DNA of 64,000 nt from a virus, in the IMG/VR virus record IMGVR_UViG_3300028490_000005, positions 1-64,000 of that record. The stretch is one strand, 5' to 3'. This document shows, piece by piece, positions 20,501 to 31,996 of the stretch. The first letter of the stretch is position 1. The number at the start of each line of letters is the position of its first letter. Below the pieces are notes generated by a model, which was not told the DNA's origin, did not search any database, and saw only the letters and a list, made by a program, of their open reading frames with translations. A program made the position numbers and the translations under genes.

Positions 20501-21075
20501 TGGATATATTTGATCTACTGAGAACTGAAGTAATTGTACACGACGACGAAATTTCAGAACATGTTGCATTCAAGGTAAAAGAAATTCAGGGTAACAACCA
20601 AACATTTGGTCGTGACCAAATGACAATGGAAAACCATGTGAAAAGTGGTTCAATTCTCGAGATAGGGCTTGCTAAGTTAATTGATGGAGTTGTTAATCCA
20701 AATCTATTCGATTCAAGTGATCCTGAAAGCTTTGCTTGGGATGTTGAAAAAGGTGGTGTTAGGTTTGAAGTCAAATCATCACCAAAGGCAGATTCTTGGT
20801 TTAATTTTAATCTCCATGGTGTTGAGAATAGTTCTAATGAAACACTAACCAGAGTTAATTTAACAACTTTTCTGAAATATTCATCATATTCTAATTTCAT
20901 TATCGCTGGGTATTATACTGAAAGTGGTAGTGGTTATGTTGTGAAGTTTAAGTGGTTGATGAAATCACTCACATTTCAAAATTATGTTAAAAAGTCTAGA
21001 GCTTCTGGAAAGGGGACTACTAATTATTATGATATCGTCAGTTCGAAGAGAAATTTGGATTGTTTCGAACTTTAA
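20500..21075 (+). CDS. Possible PD-(D/E)xK nuclease
   Basis: G.ILE...WDVEKGGVRFEVK spacing; TAATG-coupled to the fusion gene. Confidence 0.45.
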   Translation: MDIFDLLRTEVIVHDDEISEHVAFKVKEIQGNNQTFGRDQMTMENHVKSGSILEIGLAKLIDGVVNPNLFDSSDPESFAWDVEKGGVRFEVKSSPKADSWFNFNLHGVENSSNETLTRVNLTTFLKYSSYSNFIIAGYYTESGSGYVVKFKWLMKSLTFQNYVKKSRASGKGTTNYYDIVSSKRNLDCFEL

Positions 21076-21104
21076 GATTGTTTTAAGTTAAATTACGCTA
21101 TAAT
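21071..21104 (+). promoter_or_regulatory. Sigma70-type promoter
   Basis: TTTAAGATTGTTTTAAG...GCTATAAT. Confidence 0.75.
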
Positions 21105-21128
21105 ATACGAAATAAAGAAGGGTAAATT

Positions 21129-22286
21129 ATGATAAGAGAACTAGACGCAAAATCCGAGAAAAATAAGAAAAGATTAATAAAGTTACTCAATGACGATATT
21201 GTATTGGTTGCCGATGAAAATAAAATTTGTAGGTTGAGAACTAAGGATTTAGAATGTGTTGATGGTGAAATTTCCACAGCTGAATTCCATAAACAAAAAT
21301 CACATGATATTTTTATTAATGAATCACTTTGGTACATATACTTCATCAATAAAGACAAAAAAGAATTTGGTATTAAATTCAACAGCCAATCAGACGCAGT
21401 TTCCTTTTGGTATAAAGAAGTATTCAATGTAGATGATGCGACTTTTGTGACTGTAGTTGCTACAGAGACAGCTAATGAAGAGAGAGTGAAAATAGTTTTG
21501 GAAAACAACAAATCATATTCATTCACTGAAAGATTGATGTCAAATAGTGGTGAAGAAGCTAGAGCATATAAATTCTATTCACATAAATTGGATGAGTACG
21601 CTATAATTTCGAAAGATAATTTAAAAGATAATTGTGAGACATTGGATTTAGATGATCATTTACCAGCTGAATATCTATTTTGTGTGGAATATGAAAGAAT
21701 TTTTAACATAAGCCTTGATTATAGAAATATCATCTCACTTGAATATGTCAATAAAGATGGTCAAAAATTGGCTACTTTTAAGGACGGTTCTTCATATAAA
21801 TATAACCAGTCTCAATTACATCGAAATAATAACTTTCCAATTATGTCATATATGAATTTTGGCTCAGAAGAATTTAAATCTCTTGTTTGTAGAATTACTG
21901 GACATAGATTTTTCAATGACAGTAAAATCCTAAAACATCAAAATTATTCTGCTAAATTTAGTGCTGATTTTCACCACATGTTAGTTATTGATGGTGCAAG
22001 CGTACATAAGATTAGTAAAGAACCTTCTGCACTATTAAACGGTAAAATGAATGACCAAATATTCTTTGAATTGTTGTTTTGTACTATGATTTCTGGTTAC
22101 GCTCATAAAGATTACCATTCAAAAGCTAGGAATATGAAGTTAAGTGATTACTATGAAGAACATTTACCGTTACACGTAGTGAGTGAGAGCCACTACTACA
22201 TTACTCATAAGAAATATGGATTTGTACCGAGACTTACTTGGCACGAGTTTAGACAAGCATTGGAAGGGGTATTAACAATTGATTAA
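21129..22286 (+). CDS. Hypothetical protein (385 aa)
   Basis: Long ORF with its own promoter; no recognised motif. Confidence 0.7.
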   Translation: MIRELDAKSEKNKKRLIKLLNDDIVLVADENKICRLRTKDLECVDGEISTAEFHKQKSHDIFINESLWYIYFINKDKKEFGIKFNSQSDAVSFWYKEVFNVDDATFVTVVATETANEERVKIVLENNKSYSFTERLMSNSGEEARAYKFYSHKLDEYAIISKDNLKDNCETLDLDDHLPAEYLFCVEYERIFNISLDYRNIISLEYVNKDGQKLATFKDGSSYKYNQSQLHRNNNFPIMSYMNFGSEEFKSLVCRITGHRFFNDSKILKHQNYSAKFSADFHHMLVIDGASVHKISKEPSALLNGKMNDQIFFELLFCTMISGYAHKDYHSKARNMKLSDYYEEHLPLHVVSESHYYITHKKYGFVPRLTWHEFRQALEGVLTID

Positions 22287-22538
22287 TTTACTTGGGCAAA
22301 AGGATTGGGGTGTTGGATACATAAAGCAATGTAGGAATGATCAAGTGAAGGTGGAAATCGAAGATTACATAAACAAATTGTCATCTGGGTTTAAATATGA
22401 TTATGATATATCTGATATACAAATACATAAGATTAACGATTCTATGTATTGTTCAGTTTGGTTTTCATATTCTAGAACCAAATAATTAAGTCTCCTTTAA
22501 GGTTTTACAGATATAATAAAACAAAAAGGAGACTATGT

Positions 22539-23648
22539 TTGAAACCAACATTAATAAACGGAAAAAGTATAAATGAGGTCGTATTCAATTCACTGGATAG
22601 ACTTATTCATAACGGATACCGAACAAAATCAAGAAACGGTGATATTAACACCGTGTATAACGCATTTGTCACTCTAGACAATCCCAAGGCAAGACACCTT
22701 TCATTAGAAGGGCGTAAAAACAACATATTCGCAACAATAGCCGAGACTTTCTGGGTATTCGCTGGTTCTAATGATATAGACCCTTATTTGAGCTTCTTTC
22801 TACCAAGAGCTAAAGACTTTTCAGATGACGGTAAAACATGGCGTGGTGGTTATCCTGAGCGTATTTTCGCGAATGAACAAATCGACGATGTCATTGAACA
22901 ATTTAGAAACGAGGGTATTCATACCAGACGAGCAGTTATGGTAATTTCAGACCCAAGCCTTGATACAAGGGTGGCACTTGATAAGGTGTATGGACTTGAA
23001 ACAACTAAAGATAGACCATGCAATATGATTATTGACTTCTTTATTACACCAGACAAACGATTACACATGAACGTGAAATCAAGATCAGGTGATGTAATTT
23101 GGGGATTTGGATCAATTAATATTTTTGAATGGACTTTCCTTCAAGAAATGATTTTAGGTTATATCCAAGATGAAATTGACCCTGATGTAACACTCGGAGA
23201 ATACAACCATCACGTGACGAATTTACACCTTTATGACTTCAATGGCTCACAAGGTTACGATGTAGTAAGAAATAAGCTTGAACAGAAGTTAGGGTTAAAT
23301 GCTGATGACAAAATTGAATTCCCAGTTATTGAAGAAGTACATGAGTTCTTTAAAGAACTTGTAAATATGTATAGTAAATGTATCACCTCTCCGGAGTTAC
23401 CAGATTTTGGTAGAGATATACTTGATATGAACTTCATTTTCGATAAATATAGAGTTCCTCAAACAGATAATATCTTGTATGAATATGCTTGTTTGGTTTT
23501 AGCGTATATTATGCAAAAACGCCATAAGTTAGCAGAAGAAGATTTCTTCCTCTTAATAGACCTCAAAGCATCTGACGAATTCTTCCATTGTATAGAAAGT
23601 TCACCGTTCAAGAAGTTTGAAATTGAAAGAGTAACGGGGAATCATTAA
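22539..23648 (+). CDS. Thymidylate synthase family, probable dUMP hydroxymethylase
   Basis: AETFWVFAGSND, TRRAV, catalytic PCN, RSGDVIWG..IN (Asn at the dUMP-specificity position), NLHLY. Confidence 0.8.
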   Translation: MKPTLINGKSINEVVFNSLDRLIHNGYRTKSRNGDINTVYNAFVTLDNPKARHLSLEGRKNNIFATIAETFWVFAGSNDIDPYLSFFLPRAKDFSDDGKTWRGGYPERIFANEQIDDVIEQFRNEGIHTRRAVMVISDPSLDTRVALDKVYGLETTKDRPCNMIIDFFITPDKRLHMNVKSRSGDVIWGFGSINIFEWTFLQEMILGYIQDEIDPDVTLGEYNHHVTNLHLYDFNGSQGYDVVRNKLEQKLGLNADDKIEFPVIEEVHEFFKELVNMYSKCITSPELPDFGRDILDMNFIFDKYRVPQTDNILYEYACLVLAYIMQKRHKLAEEDFFLLIDLKASDEFFHCIESSPFKKFEIERVTGNH

Positions 23649-23863
23649 TGGAAATTTATGAAATCACAATTAATGATGAAGTTTTTGTTAGTATGGATAC
23701 GGATTACGAAGGCACAATCGATACTGTAATTCTTGAGAATAATCTATATGGTAAGAATAAATTCCTAAGAAAAGAATTCTTTCATAGATTTACTGAAGAT
23801 GGACCAGAAAAAATAACACGGATAGAAATGTCTAAAATTTTAATTCACAGTGAGGATAATTAG

Positions 23864-24685
23864 ATGACAAGTTGGGAAATGATTGAACGAAACGCAAAAG
23901 AAGTTAGAGAGAACGGGTATTATATTCAAAGAGGTATGCTTTCAAATTTAGATATTGAATGTATCCTTGACGTAACAATTCCTGCAATAGCTAATAATTA
24001 TACAGAAGAATATGTAGAAAAGCGTTTGTATAGAAAACGCGAGAATACTGAAGGGAGACAAGGCGATGCTGTATTAATGTCTATTGGTACACCAGATACA
24101 GCACCATTCATGTCGCTAGATGATAGATTCCCTTGTATTGGTGGGTTGTACTTAAGTTACGTGAACACATTAAGTCAACTCCTTTATGGTGATTTTAGAC
24201 TTGAAGATAATACAAAAGTTCTTGTAAATTATCAACAATACAAAGAAGGGGCAAGTAATTCTTTACCTTTCCACTTTGACGCTGAGATTTTCAAGGGTGA
24301 TTGGAACAAAGACTACATTAAGCTTGAAGAAGGGCTTATCCCTAGAATGGTAATGGTGGTTGTGCTTGAAAATGAAAATGATGGTAAGGGCTTACAAATC
24401 ATGACACCAAAGGGTGACATCATTGATTTAGACCTTGTTCCTGGAGACATTTTATATTTCGATAATACGGCTGTTCTACATGGTGTACCAGATGATCTTG
24501 ATAAAAAGCGTACAATGATTGGTTTCAGAAGTTTTGAAACTGAACCACTTTTATTCAATAAACTTGGGTTTATGGATGGAACGGGTGTTATTGAGATTGA
24601 TACACCATATGTCAAGGGTGAAGCGATTGAACTTACTACTGAAAACGCAAAAGAAGAACTAATAAGAGAAGGATGGTATTATTAA
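23864..24685 (+). CDS. 2OG-Fe(II) dioxygenase
   Basis: N.Q.Y, HFD (HxD), LHGV, distal R (KRTMIGFR). Confidence 0.75.
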   Translation: MTSWEMIERNAKEVRENGYYIQRGMLSNLDIECILDVTIPAIANNYTEEYVEKRLYRKRENTEGRQGDAVLMSIGTPDTAPFMSLDDRFPCIGGLYLSYVNTLSQLLYGDFRLEDNTKVLVNYQQYKEGASNSLPFHFDAEIFKGDWNKDYIKLEEGLIPRMVMVVVLENENDGKGLQIMTPKGDIIDLDLVPGDILYFDNTAVLHGVPDDLDKKRTMIGFRSFETEPLLFNKLGFMDGTGVIEIDTPYVKGEAIELTTENAKEELIREGWYY

Positions 24686-24867
24686 TGAAAAAGTATAAAT
24701 ATTCAAAGTTGGTAGAGAAGGACATTGTTAAGAGATGTCCTTCTTGTGAGGGTTCTGGGCGTTGGTATGGTCATGGAGCATTCGGTGAACCAGAAAGTGA
24801 TACGTGTGGCAGATGTCGTGGTGAAGGTGTTATATTAAATTGGGATAATATTAATCGGGAAAAATGA
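24685..24867 (+). CDS. Small DnaJ-type zinc finger protein
   Basis: CPSCEGSG ... CGRCRGEG. Confidence 0.65.
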   Translation: MKKYKYSKLVEKDIVKRCPSCEGSGRWYGHGAFGEPESDTCGRCRGEGVILNWDNINREK

Positions 24868-25072
24868 TGATTGAAATTAATGATGTGAGACAACTTGACC
24901 AATTAAAAATCGGTGCTGATTTTAAGCTAGTCAGTGGGTTGAATATCCTCATCACCGATACGGGAATGAATTTAATCTTCATAGAAACTGAACATCTAAC
25001 CATAAAGGCGTTCCCACTTGGGGAAGGCATGTATAGATTTAAAGATAAACAAATAAACATTTAGGAAAAATA

Positions 25073-25615
25073 ATGATAAATATAAATTTTTTTGGTGGAC
25101 CTGGAACGGGAAAATCAACAACATCAACTGGAGTTTTCCATGCTATGAAAAAAGAAGGGTATAGTGTCGAATACGTTTCGGAATATGCTAAAGACCTTGT
25201 TTACAGTAAAGATTATTTCAAACTCAAAGATCAATTAATGATTTTGGCTAACCAATCTCATCCTTGGTTCAAATTAGAAGAACAAGTGGACTTTACTATT
25301 AATGATGGACCATTTCTTCTTGGGTTAGTATATTTACAAGACAACCCGCATATGCCAACTGAAGAGTTTAAAGCGTTCTTGGTAGCGATGTGGAATTCAT
25401 ATACCCACATTAACATATTCATTGAAAGAGACGTAGAAGCTCACGGTTATCAAGAATATGGGCGTGGTCAAACATTAGCAGAAGCTGTTGAAAAAGATAA
25501 CGAAATCAAACAAATCCTTTATGATAACAATATACCGTTCTTTTCAGTTGTGATGGGTGATGACACGGTTCAATATGCTCTTGATATTATTAAAGATTTG
25601 AAAAGGGGTAAATAA
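25073..25615 (+). CDS. P-loop nucleotide kinase-like (AAA_28/NadR-like)
   Basis: GGPGTGKST, EYVSEYAK, YQEYGR.Q. Confidence 0.75.
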   Translation: MININFFGGPGTGKSTTSTGVFHAMKKEGYSVEYVSEYAKDLVYSKDYFKLKDQLMILANQSHPWFKLEEQVDFTINDGPFLLGLVYLQDNPHMPTEEFKAFLVAMWNSYTHINIFIERDVEAHGYQEYGRGQTLAEAVEKDNEIKQILYDNNIPFFSVVMGDDTVQYALDIIKDLKRGK

Positions 25616-26167
25616 ATGGAAACAATTAAAATAGCGTTCATGGGTGTCAGTGGTAGTGGTAAAGATTACATTGTAGATGTAGCAAAAAAGAATTTCGAAT
25701 TCACGAGGTTCAGTTTCTCTGACCAACTAAAGAAATTGGGTGCTAAAATATACCCATGGTTGGAAAGTGATTATCCACCAGAAGAAAAGGAAAAGTCACT
25801 TAATATTAAGATTCCTGAGACTGGTGAAGTAATTACTAAATCACCAAGGGAAATTTGGCTAGAACTTAATAAAATGAGAAATGTAGAAGATAACTTATTT
25901 GTCAGGATGTTGGCTCATGAAATTTGGTTGACACAAGTTGACCGTCTAGTAATATCTGATATTAGAACGCAAAATGAATATGATTGGTGTGTGGAAAATG
26001 ATTTTACTATCATCGCCATAAAAGGGGATGCCAAACACCCTGAAAACTCATTTGATGACTGGGTTAGAGACATGATAGACATGGGTGAATATGATTTTGA
26101 ATTTACTAATGAATTTGATGGTCATGAAAAGATTGAGACTTTCTTTACAAGTTGCTTCGACCTTTAA
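25616..26167 (+). CDS. Deoxynucleoside monophosphate kinase (T4 gp1-like)
   Basis: GVSGSGKD, SFSDQLK, SPRE, ISDIR..NE. Confidence 0.8.
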   Translation: METIKIAFMGVSGSGKDYIVDVAKKNFEFTRFSFSDQLKKLGAKIYPWLESDYPPEEKEKSLNIKIPETGEVITKSPREIWLELNKMRNVEDNLFVRMLAHEIWLTQVDRLVISDIRTQNEYDWCVENDFTIIAIKGDAKHPENSFDDWVRDMIDMGEYDFEFTNEFDGHEKIETFFTSCFDL

Positions 26168-26225
26168 GCAAGGTTTAAGTTACATTACGGTATAATAGAG
26201 TATAAAGTTTGAAAGGCTTAAAATG
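26163..26225 (+). promoter_or_regulatory. Early promoter cassette
   Basis: TTTAAGCAAGGTTTAAG...CGGTATAATAGAGTATAAAGTTTGAAAGGCTTAAAATG. Confidence 0.85.
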
Positions 26226-26698
26226 GAAATATTAAATTTTATTTTACTGTTTGTTACAGTAACTTACGGTATCGTGTATGGAGTTAGAAATTGGGCATTA
26301 GGATTTATTGGTTTATTTGGAAGTGGTACTAGACAAAGCACTTTAGGTAATATTCTAGATGGTCTTTTTATGACAGCAGTTCTTTACTTCTTGACATACG
26401 GTAAAACGTTTATAGCAACTGTAATAGCAGGAGCTTAGTATGAATTCTAACCAAACCATATCAGAACTTATAGATACAGTGATTTGTGGGAATAAAATTG
26501 CTGGAGATGTAACTTATACAAAAATGGCAAACTCTGTCACATTTAAAGAAATCAAACAATATTGTGACGAATACGAATATAATCTTGTTGGTTCATATTG
26601 GGCTCCAAGGGGTGACCATCAAATATACCCTAAACAAATGGGTACTGGGAACACAATCAGTAAATTGGATTTTTTCGATAAAATAATTAAACAATCTT

Positions 26699-26765
26699 TT
26701 TAAGCAAGGTTTAAGCGAAGTTACGGTATAATAGAGTATATTAAAAGTTTGAAAGGCTTAAAATG
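26699..26765 (+). promoter_or_regulatory. Early promoter cassette
   Basis: Same repeat; -10 at 26727-26732. Confidence 0.85.
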
Positions 26766-27119
26766 GTTTACACAGAATTAAAGTTTGTTAGATTGATGGA
26801 AGAATTAGATGCAATGAGAGATGAAATGTCAGATTTGGGTGGTGAGTTCAACTCAATTGAAGATAGAGATGCAGATTACGAAACACATGATGAAGAGGGA
26901 GATATTCTACCTGATAGTTTTGACCGTTTAGAAGAAATTGAAATTTTAATCGAAATTCTAGAAGCTAAAGAAACTGATATTGCTAAACAACTTGGTGTTA
27001 CGGCAATGGTTCTCGAAACACATTTCGACTCTTGTATCACCAATAGATGGGAAATTTACGCTCAAGTAATGAGTGCAGATATTGTTCCAATTCACACCAC
27101 TAAAAATAGAAAGGTTTAA
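26763..27119 (+). CDS. Highly acidic early protein
   Basis: Behind the cassette; D/E-rich N-terminal half. Confidence 0.7.
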   Translation: MVYTELKFVRLMEELDAMRDEMSDLGGEFNSIEDRDADYETHDEEGDILPDSFDRLEEIEILIEILEAKETDIAKQLGVTAMVLETHFDSCITNRWEIYAQVMSADIVPIHTTKNRKV

Positions 27120-27415
27120 AATGAAATTATCAGTAAAATTAGACATTGTAACAATAGTTTACAAACCAACCAACGCAGAAATTTTTAAGTGTGTTCAGTT
27201 CAACCAAAGTGAAGATGACACTATCTCAAATATTCCAAATAAAATTGATCACAACTTTACACCATCCCCTGAACATTTAGAGGAACTTGAGCAAAGTATG
27301 GTGATGTATGACGGTGAGCTAAATATCGAAGGGTACGAAGATCTATATAGGTTTTTGAGTAATGTCGAAGGGCACGATTTCTTTGATGTAAATTATTCTT
27401 CTCAAACTGTGGAGT

Positions 27416-27477
27416 TTTAAGCAAGGTTTAAGCTATATTAGGGTATAATAGTATATAAAATATAAAGGCTTAAAATG
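27416..27477 (+). promoter_or_regulatory. Early promoter cassette
   Basis: Same repeat; -10 at 27444-27449. Confidence 0.85.
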
Positions 27478-27648
27478 GACATAGATCTTACAGACGGAAA
27501 ACGTTTATTTATAGACACTAAAGGGCTTGGAGAAATCTTAATTAAAGAAACTTCAAAAGGCTTAGAAATCTCTGCTACCAACGCTTCAATTTTAATTAAG
27601 CCACGTGGAGAAAACGCAATCACCATTATCAATCAGGAGATAGAATGA
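27475..27648 (+). CDS. 57-aa hypothetical protein (not in ORF track)
   Basis: AAAGGCTTAAAATG leader; MDIDLTDGKRLFIDTKG...; ATGA overlap with thg1. Confidence 0.65.
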   Translation: MDIDLTDGKRLFIDTKGLGEILIKETSKGLEISATNASILIKPRGENAITIINQEIE

Positions 27649-28541
27649 AATCAAAATTTGAAACATTAGGTGATAGACTCAAAGACTATGAAGCTCAATA
27701 TGAATATTATATTTGGTCAGATAAACATATTGTAGTACGAATTGACGGGCACAAGTTCTCAAAGTATACTAAGGGGTTCAAGCGACCATTTGACGAAATT
27801 CTTTCAAAAGCTATGGAACAAACGACTATTGATTTGGTTCAAGAGTTTCAAGCCGTTGTAGGATATACACAAAGCGATGAAATTACATTAGTAATTCCTT
27901 CACCGAAGCCTAAAAAAGTTCATTACAACAAGTTACCTTCACAAGATTTGAAGCACACGTATTCAGGTAGAATTCAGAAGATTGCTTCATTAACTGCGGG
28001 GTTCGCTACTATGGCGTTCAACAGACATTTATTATCTCTTTACAAAGAACAAAAAATATTAGAGAAGGATTTAGATCAAACTCACGGAATAGAATACAGA
28101 AGGGAATTTGGGAAATATATGAATACTATTGAGGGCAAACTTGGCAAGGCTTGGTTTGATTCCCGTGTTTACGCTGTACCAAACGACGTAGAAGCGTTCA
28201 ACTCTGTTCTATGGCGAGTTAGGGATGCAGAAAAGAACAGCCGTTCAATGTTCGCTCAGGCTCATTGTAGTCACAAGGCACTTCAAAACATGTCTGGTAG
28301 AGAGCAAGTAGATTTCTGTAAGGAAACGACGGGTGAAGATTGGGATCTTGTTGATGATAGATATAAGTACGGAATTCTCGTAAAGAAAGAGAAGTACATG
28401 AAAGCTGTTGATTTCGACCAAAATGATACAGTGTATGAAGGTCCAGAAGAAGTTGAAAGAACTCGGTTGGTTTCATTTAGTAAACATCTAGTATTCAGCG
28501 AAGAAAACGTTGAATTGATTATGAGTAAGTATAAAGGATAA
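27645..28541 (+). CDS. thg1: tRNA(His) guanylyltransferase Thg1-like protein
   Basis: RIDGHKFSKYT, KRPFD, YTQSDEITL, GRIQK, FDSR. Confidence 0.9.
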   Translation: MKSKFETLGDRLKDYEAQYEYYIWSDKHIVVRIDGHKFSKYTKGFKRPFDEILSKAMEQTTIDLVQEFQAVVGYTQSDEITLVIPSPKPKKVHYNKLPSQDLKHTYSGRIQKIASLTAGFATMAFNRHLLSLYKEQKILEKDLDQTHGIEYRREFGKYMNTIEGKLGKAWFDSRVYAVPNDVEAFNSVLWRVRDAEKNSRSMFAQAHCSHKALQNMSGREQVDFCKETTGEDWDLVDDRYKYGILVKKEKYMKAVDFDQNDTVYEGPEEVERTRLVSFSKHLVFSEENVELIMSKYKG

Positions 28542-28948
28542 ATGTGAATTATATTACACAGAAGATTAAAGATTATTTTACAAAAGAAAACGCTACTAAG
28601 GTCTTAGAAGTTGGTGTAGACGGAGCGACAGAAGTTGCCCATGGTTTTCTTAATGGGATTTTAATGAAGATAGTTTTTACGGTATTCGTAATAATTTTAC
28701 TCATTGGTGGTGGCTGTGTAGGTACAAATATGGCAATAGATGCTGTAACAACTAAAGGATAATTATGGAATTCTTAAATGCACATTCATCTACTTGGTGG
28801 ATTAAAGATATGGCAGTTTCGGAGTTGTTTACACATGTATATGAACCAATCAACCCTTTCTACCACAACAGTGGGGAAATAGTTCCATCAAACACAAAAC
28901 GCGTAAATCTTAGAAAGAAACGAAAATTAAAGAATAAAAGGAAATAAC

Positions 28949-29983
28949 ATGACACCAAAATTAATTAAAATGCCATCAATTGCACAATTCAATCAAGTAA
29001 TTAAAGATATCCAACATGATGCTAGATATGCTGGTCAGGACGTAAATGATGAGCCAATATATAACAGAAATGCAAAACTGCCAACGGTTATATTTTTCGG
29101 TTCAGTTAAGCTGCATGGAACAAATGCATCAATTTGTTATGATGGTGAAAACCTTTGGGCACAATCTAAGGGTAGTGTTTTAACCATCGAAAGCGATAAT
29201 TATGGTTTTGCGTCATTTGTTGAAATGAACAAAGAATATTTGACAAGTGAACTTAAGATTATGCGTGACACATTTAATCTTCAAAAGGTTTGTGTGTATG
29301 GTGAGTGGGCTGGTAAGGGTATCCAAAAGGGTGTAGCAATTTCTGAAATCAATAAAACCTTCTTTGCATTTGGTATTAAATTTCTACGATTAAATTCAGA
29401 AGTGTTTGAGTGGGTGCAAAAACCATCAGTTGTCTTAAAGCACTTCAGTGACGGTAACAGAATTCGCTCAATATTCGAATTTGATACATATTACGTTGAA
29501 ATTGATATCAATAACCCAAAAGCTATGCAAAACGACATGATTAAAATCACTGATGGAATTGATAAAATGTGTCCAGTAGCTCGTGATCTTGGTCATATTG
29601 GTCATGGTGAAGGCGTTGTTTGGGTTGGTTGGTATAATGACAATAAGTACAACTTTAAGATCAAAGGACTAAGTCATGCAAATTCTAATGTTAAGACACT
29701 AAAGCCAGTTGATGAAGAAAAGGAAAATGCTAAAATTGCTTTCGCTAACTATGCTACACCAGCATGGAGACTAGAGCAAATGTACAAAGAAACATTCGGT
29801 GAAGGTCAAGGTGATATCAAGAGAACGGGGGAATTCCTTAAAGCTGTTGTATCTGATGTTATGAAGGAAGAGCTACTGAATATGTCAGAAGCTAACCTTG
29901 AGCCAAAAGAAGTTAATGGTATGATTTCTAAAATTGCTAGAACTTGGTTCATGGAGCAGTTAGATAGAGAGGTTCTTGGATGA
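28949..29983 (+). CDS. RNA ligase (Rnl2 family)
   Basis: Motif I KLHGTN, YGEWAG, FAFGI, GEGVVW, FKIKG. Confidence 0.85.
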   Translation: MTPKLIKMPSIAQFNQVIKDIQHDARYAGQDVNDEPIYNRNAKLPTVIFFGSVKLHGTNASICYDGENLWAQSKGSVLTIESDNYGFASFVEMNKEYLTSELKIMRDTFNLQKVCVYGEWAGKGIQKGVAISEINKTFFAFGIKFLRLNSEVFEWVQKPSVVLKHFSDGNRIRSIFEFDTYYVEIDINNPKAMQNDMIKITDGIDKMCPVARDLGHIGHGEGVVWVGWYNDNKYNFKIKGLSHANSNVKTLKPVDEEKENAKIAFANYATPAWRLEQMYKETFGEGQGDIKRTGEFLKAVVSDVMKEELLNMSEANLEPKEVNGMISKIARTWFMEQLDREVLG

Positions 29984-31996
29984 GCCTTGCCCAAACTAGA
30001 TTAGACATAACTCATAATAGAGTTGTCACTGAAAAATACCAAACGATGTTACGAAAAGCTGATGACTACATACAAGCCCATTTACTTGATATCGATGAGG
30101 TTGAAAAGAGAAAAATCCTAGTATGTGATCATATTAGGAAAACGAGAATAAAATTTGTAAATTGGACAGACGAACAGATATTAGACAGATTTGAGAAACT
30201 TAATGAAAAACATGAACGGGAAGAGGAATTAGTATGATTAAAATTACGAATAAAGTTAAAAAACACGTGAAAAAGAACCCAACGTCTCAGTATCAGTTAA
30301 TTGTAACTTTCGACGATGGAGACGATATACTACATATGGGTCTAACACCAGAATTGCTAGAAAAATTAACATCAGCTTATGATGCTTTCAGAGAGAGATT
30401 AGATGCTGATTGGAATAAATGGTGTAACCCAGAATCTTATCAAATTAAAGAACTATTTGAAGAATTTGGCGTAATTGAAGAAGATGAGGATGAATATGAT
30501 TTTCTTGAATTAGAATATTGGTCATGGAGTAATGAATATCCTGACCCTATGGCAAGAGTTGATGGTTATACTATCACGTATTGGGATGAAAATGGTATAG
30601 AATGGAATACGGAGGTACAAAAATAATGGACACAAGAAACGCATTAGGTCAACCAATTAATGTTGGTGACTGGTTAGGGCATTCAAATAGGACGGCTGGG
30701 GTTGTAGAGGTTACAACTGGGCAAGTCAAAGAAATTAATGACGGTAAAGTTGTATTGGAAAACGTGCATAGAGGGAGAGCTTCTTATGAAGATGTGATCT
30801 CACAAATTAAAGTAAAACGCTCAGTTGTTACTCTAGTTGCGAATTCACTTTTCCCAATACAATCAGTAATTATGTGGGATGGTATTATTCAAGATGTTTA
30901 AATTTATTTGTGAGGGTGGACACGTTTATAGTCAAAATGATATGGACGAACATTACATTTCACCCACTGCTGTTGGTGAACTTTATGGTATTAGACCAGC
31001 TAAGTGTATTTGGAAAAAGAGACATATATACTCAGAAACTGGAGCAAGTGAAACAATTTACCTCACGCCAGACAGTAGTGGTAAATATGATTTAGTGGAT
31101 GAAGTTGTACGCCAAATTAATCAACGTATTATACCGAAGGTGTTAAATAGACAAATTACATCTATTGAAAACTTCTCATTCTTCCAAAGACTGAAATTCC
31201 TATTCACTTCGAGATTAGTTTAATGGATTGCACTGAATATAAATTCGACTATTGGAAACGCATAGTCATTAAGGATATCATCGGTGCTGAATATAGATGG
31301 TATGTTAATGTAGAAGACGTTTTCCAAGGGGTTGATATTAACCGTTGTGACGATTGTTTGGTTGAAGGCTATGTTTCAATCAGTATTGTTTTTAATATGC
31401 AAGATATGAGTACACATGAACTTGATTGTACTCTACAGTCCATGGGATTGAAAAAGTTAAATTTTACGGATTTAGACCTGATGGGTGAACTAATTACCAC
31501 TGAGAGTGGCTTCTTGTGTGAGCATTGTAATGATATATTAGAAGAGTTTGATATATTGGATTTAAGTCAATAATAAGGTTACGACGCTATAATAAGTTAT
31601 GGATATATTTAAAGAACTGGAACTCGCAGAATCAGAGTTGAACACATTAGATCACATTGATATTTGGTTTCACCGAACTTTCGGTGGGTTCATTGACTTC
31701 TTCAGGTATGATTTACCACAAGGGATTAAAAACTTCTGGTATTATAGGAAAGTAATATGGAGACACCGTTGGTATGACTATGGTTTTGCCGATGACGTTG
31801 TTCGTAGGTTGTATGAAGATAGGTCTGAAAATTGGCACAAGAGCCACTATGTAGGATTTGAAAAAGATGCTTTACAACTTGACATAATCGTAGAACTTTT
31901 TAAAAGACTAGAAGATGCCGAATTCTTGACAGTAGAAGATGACCCTGAAGATAAAATCAGAAAAGAAATTTACAGAAGAATAGCGAGGAAACGATA

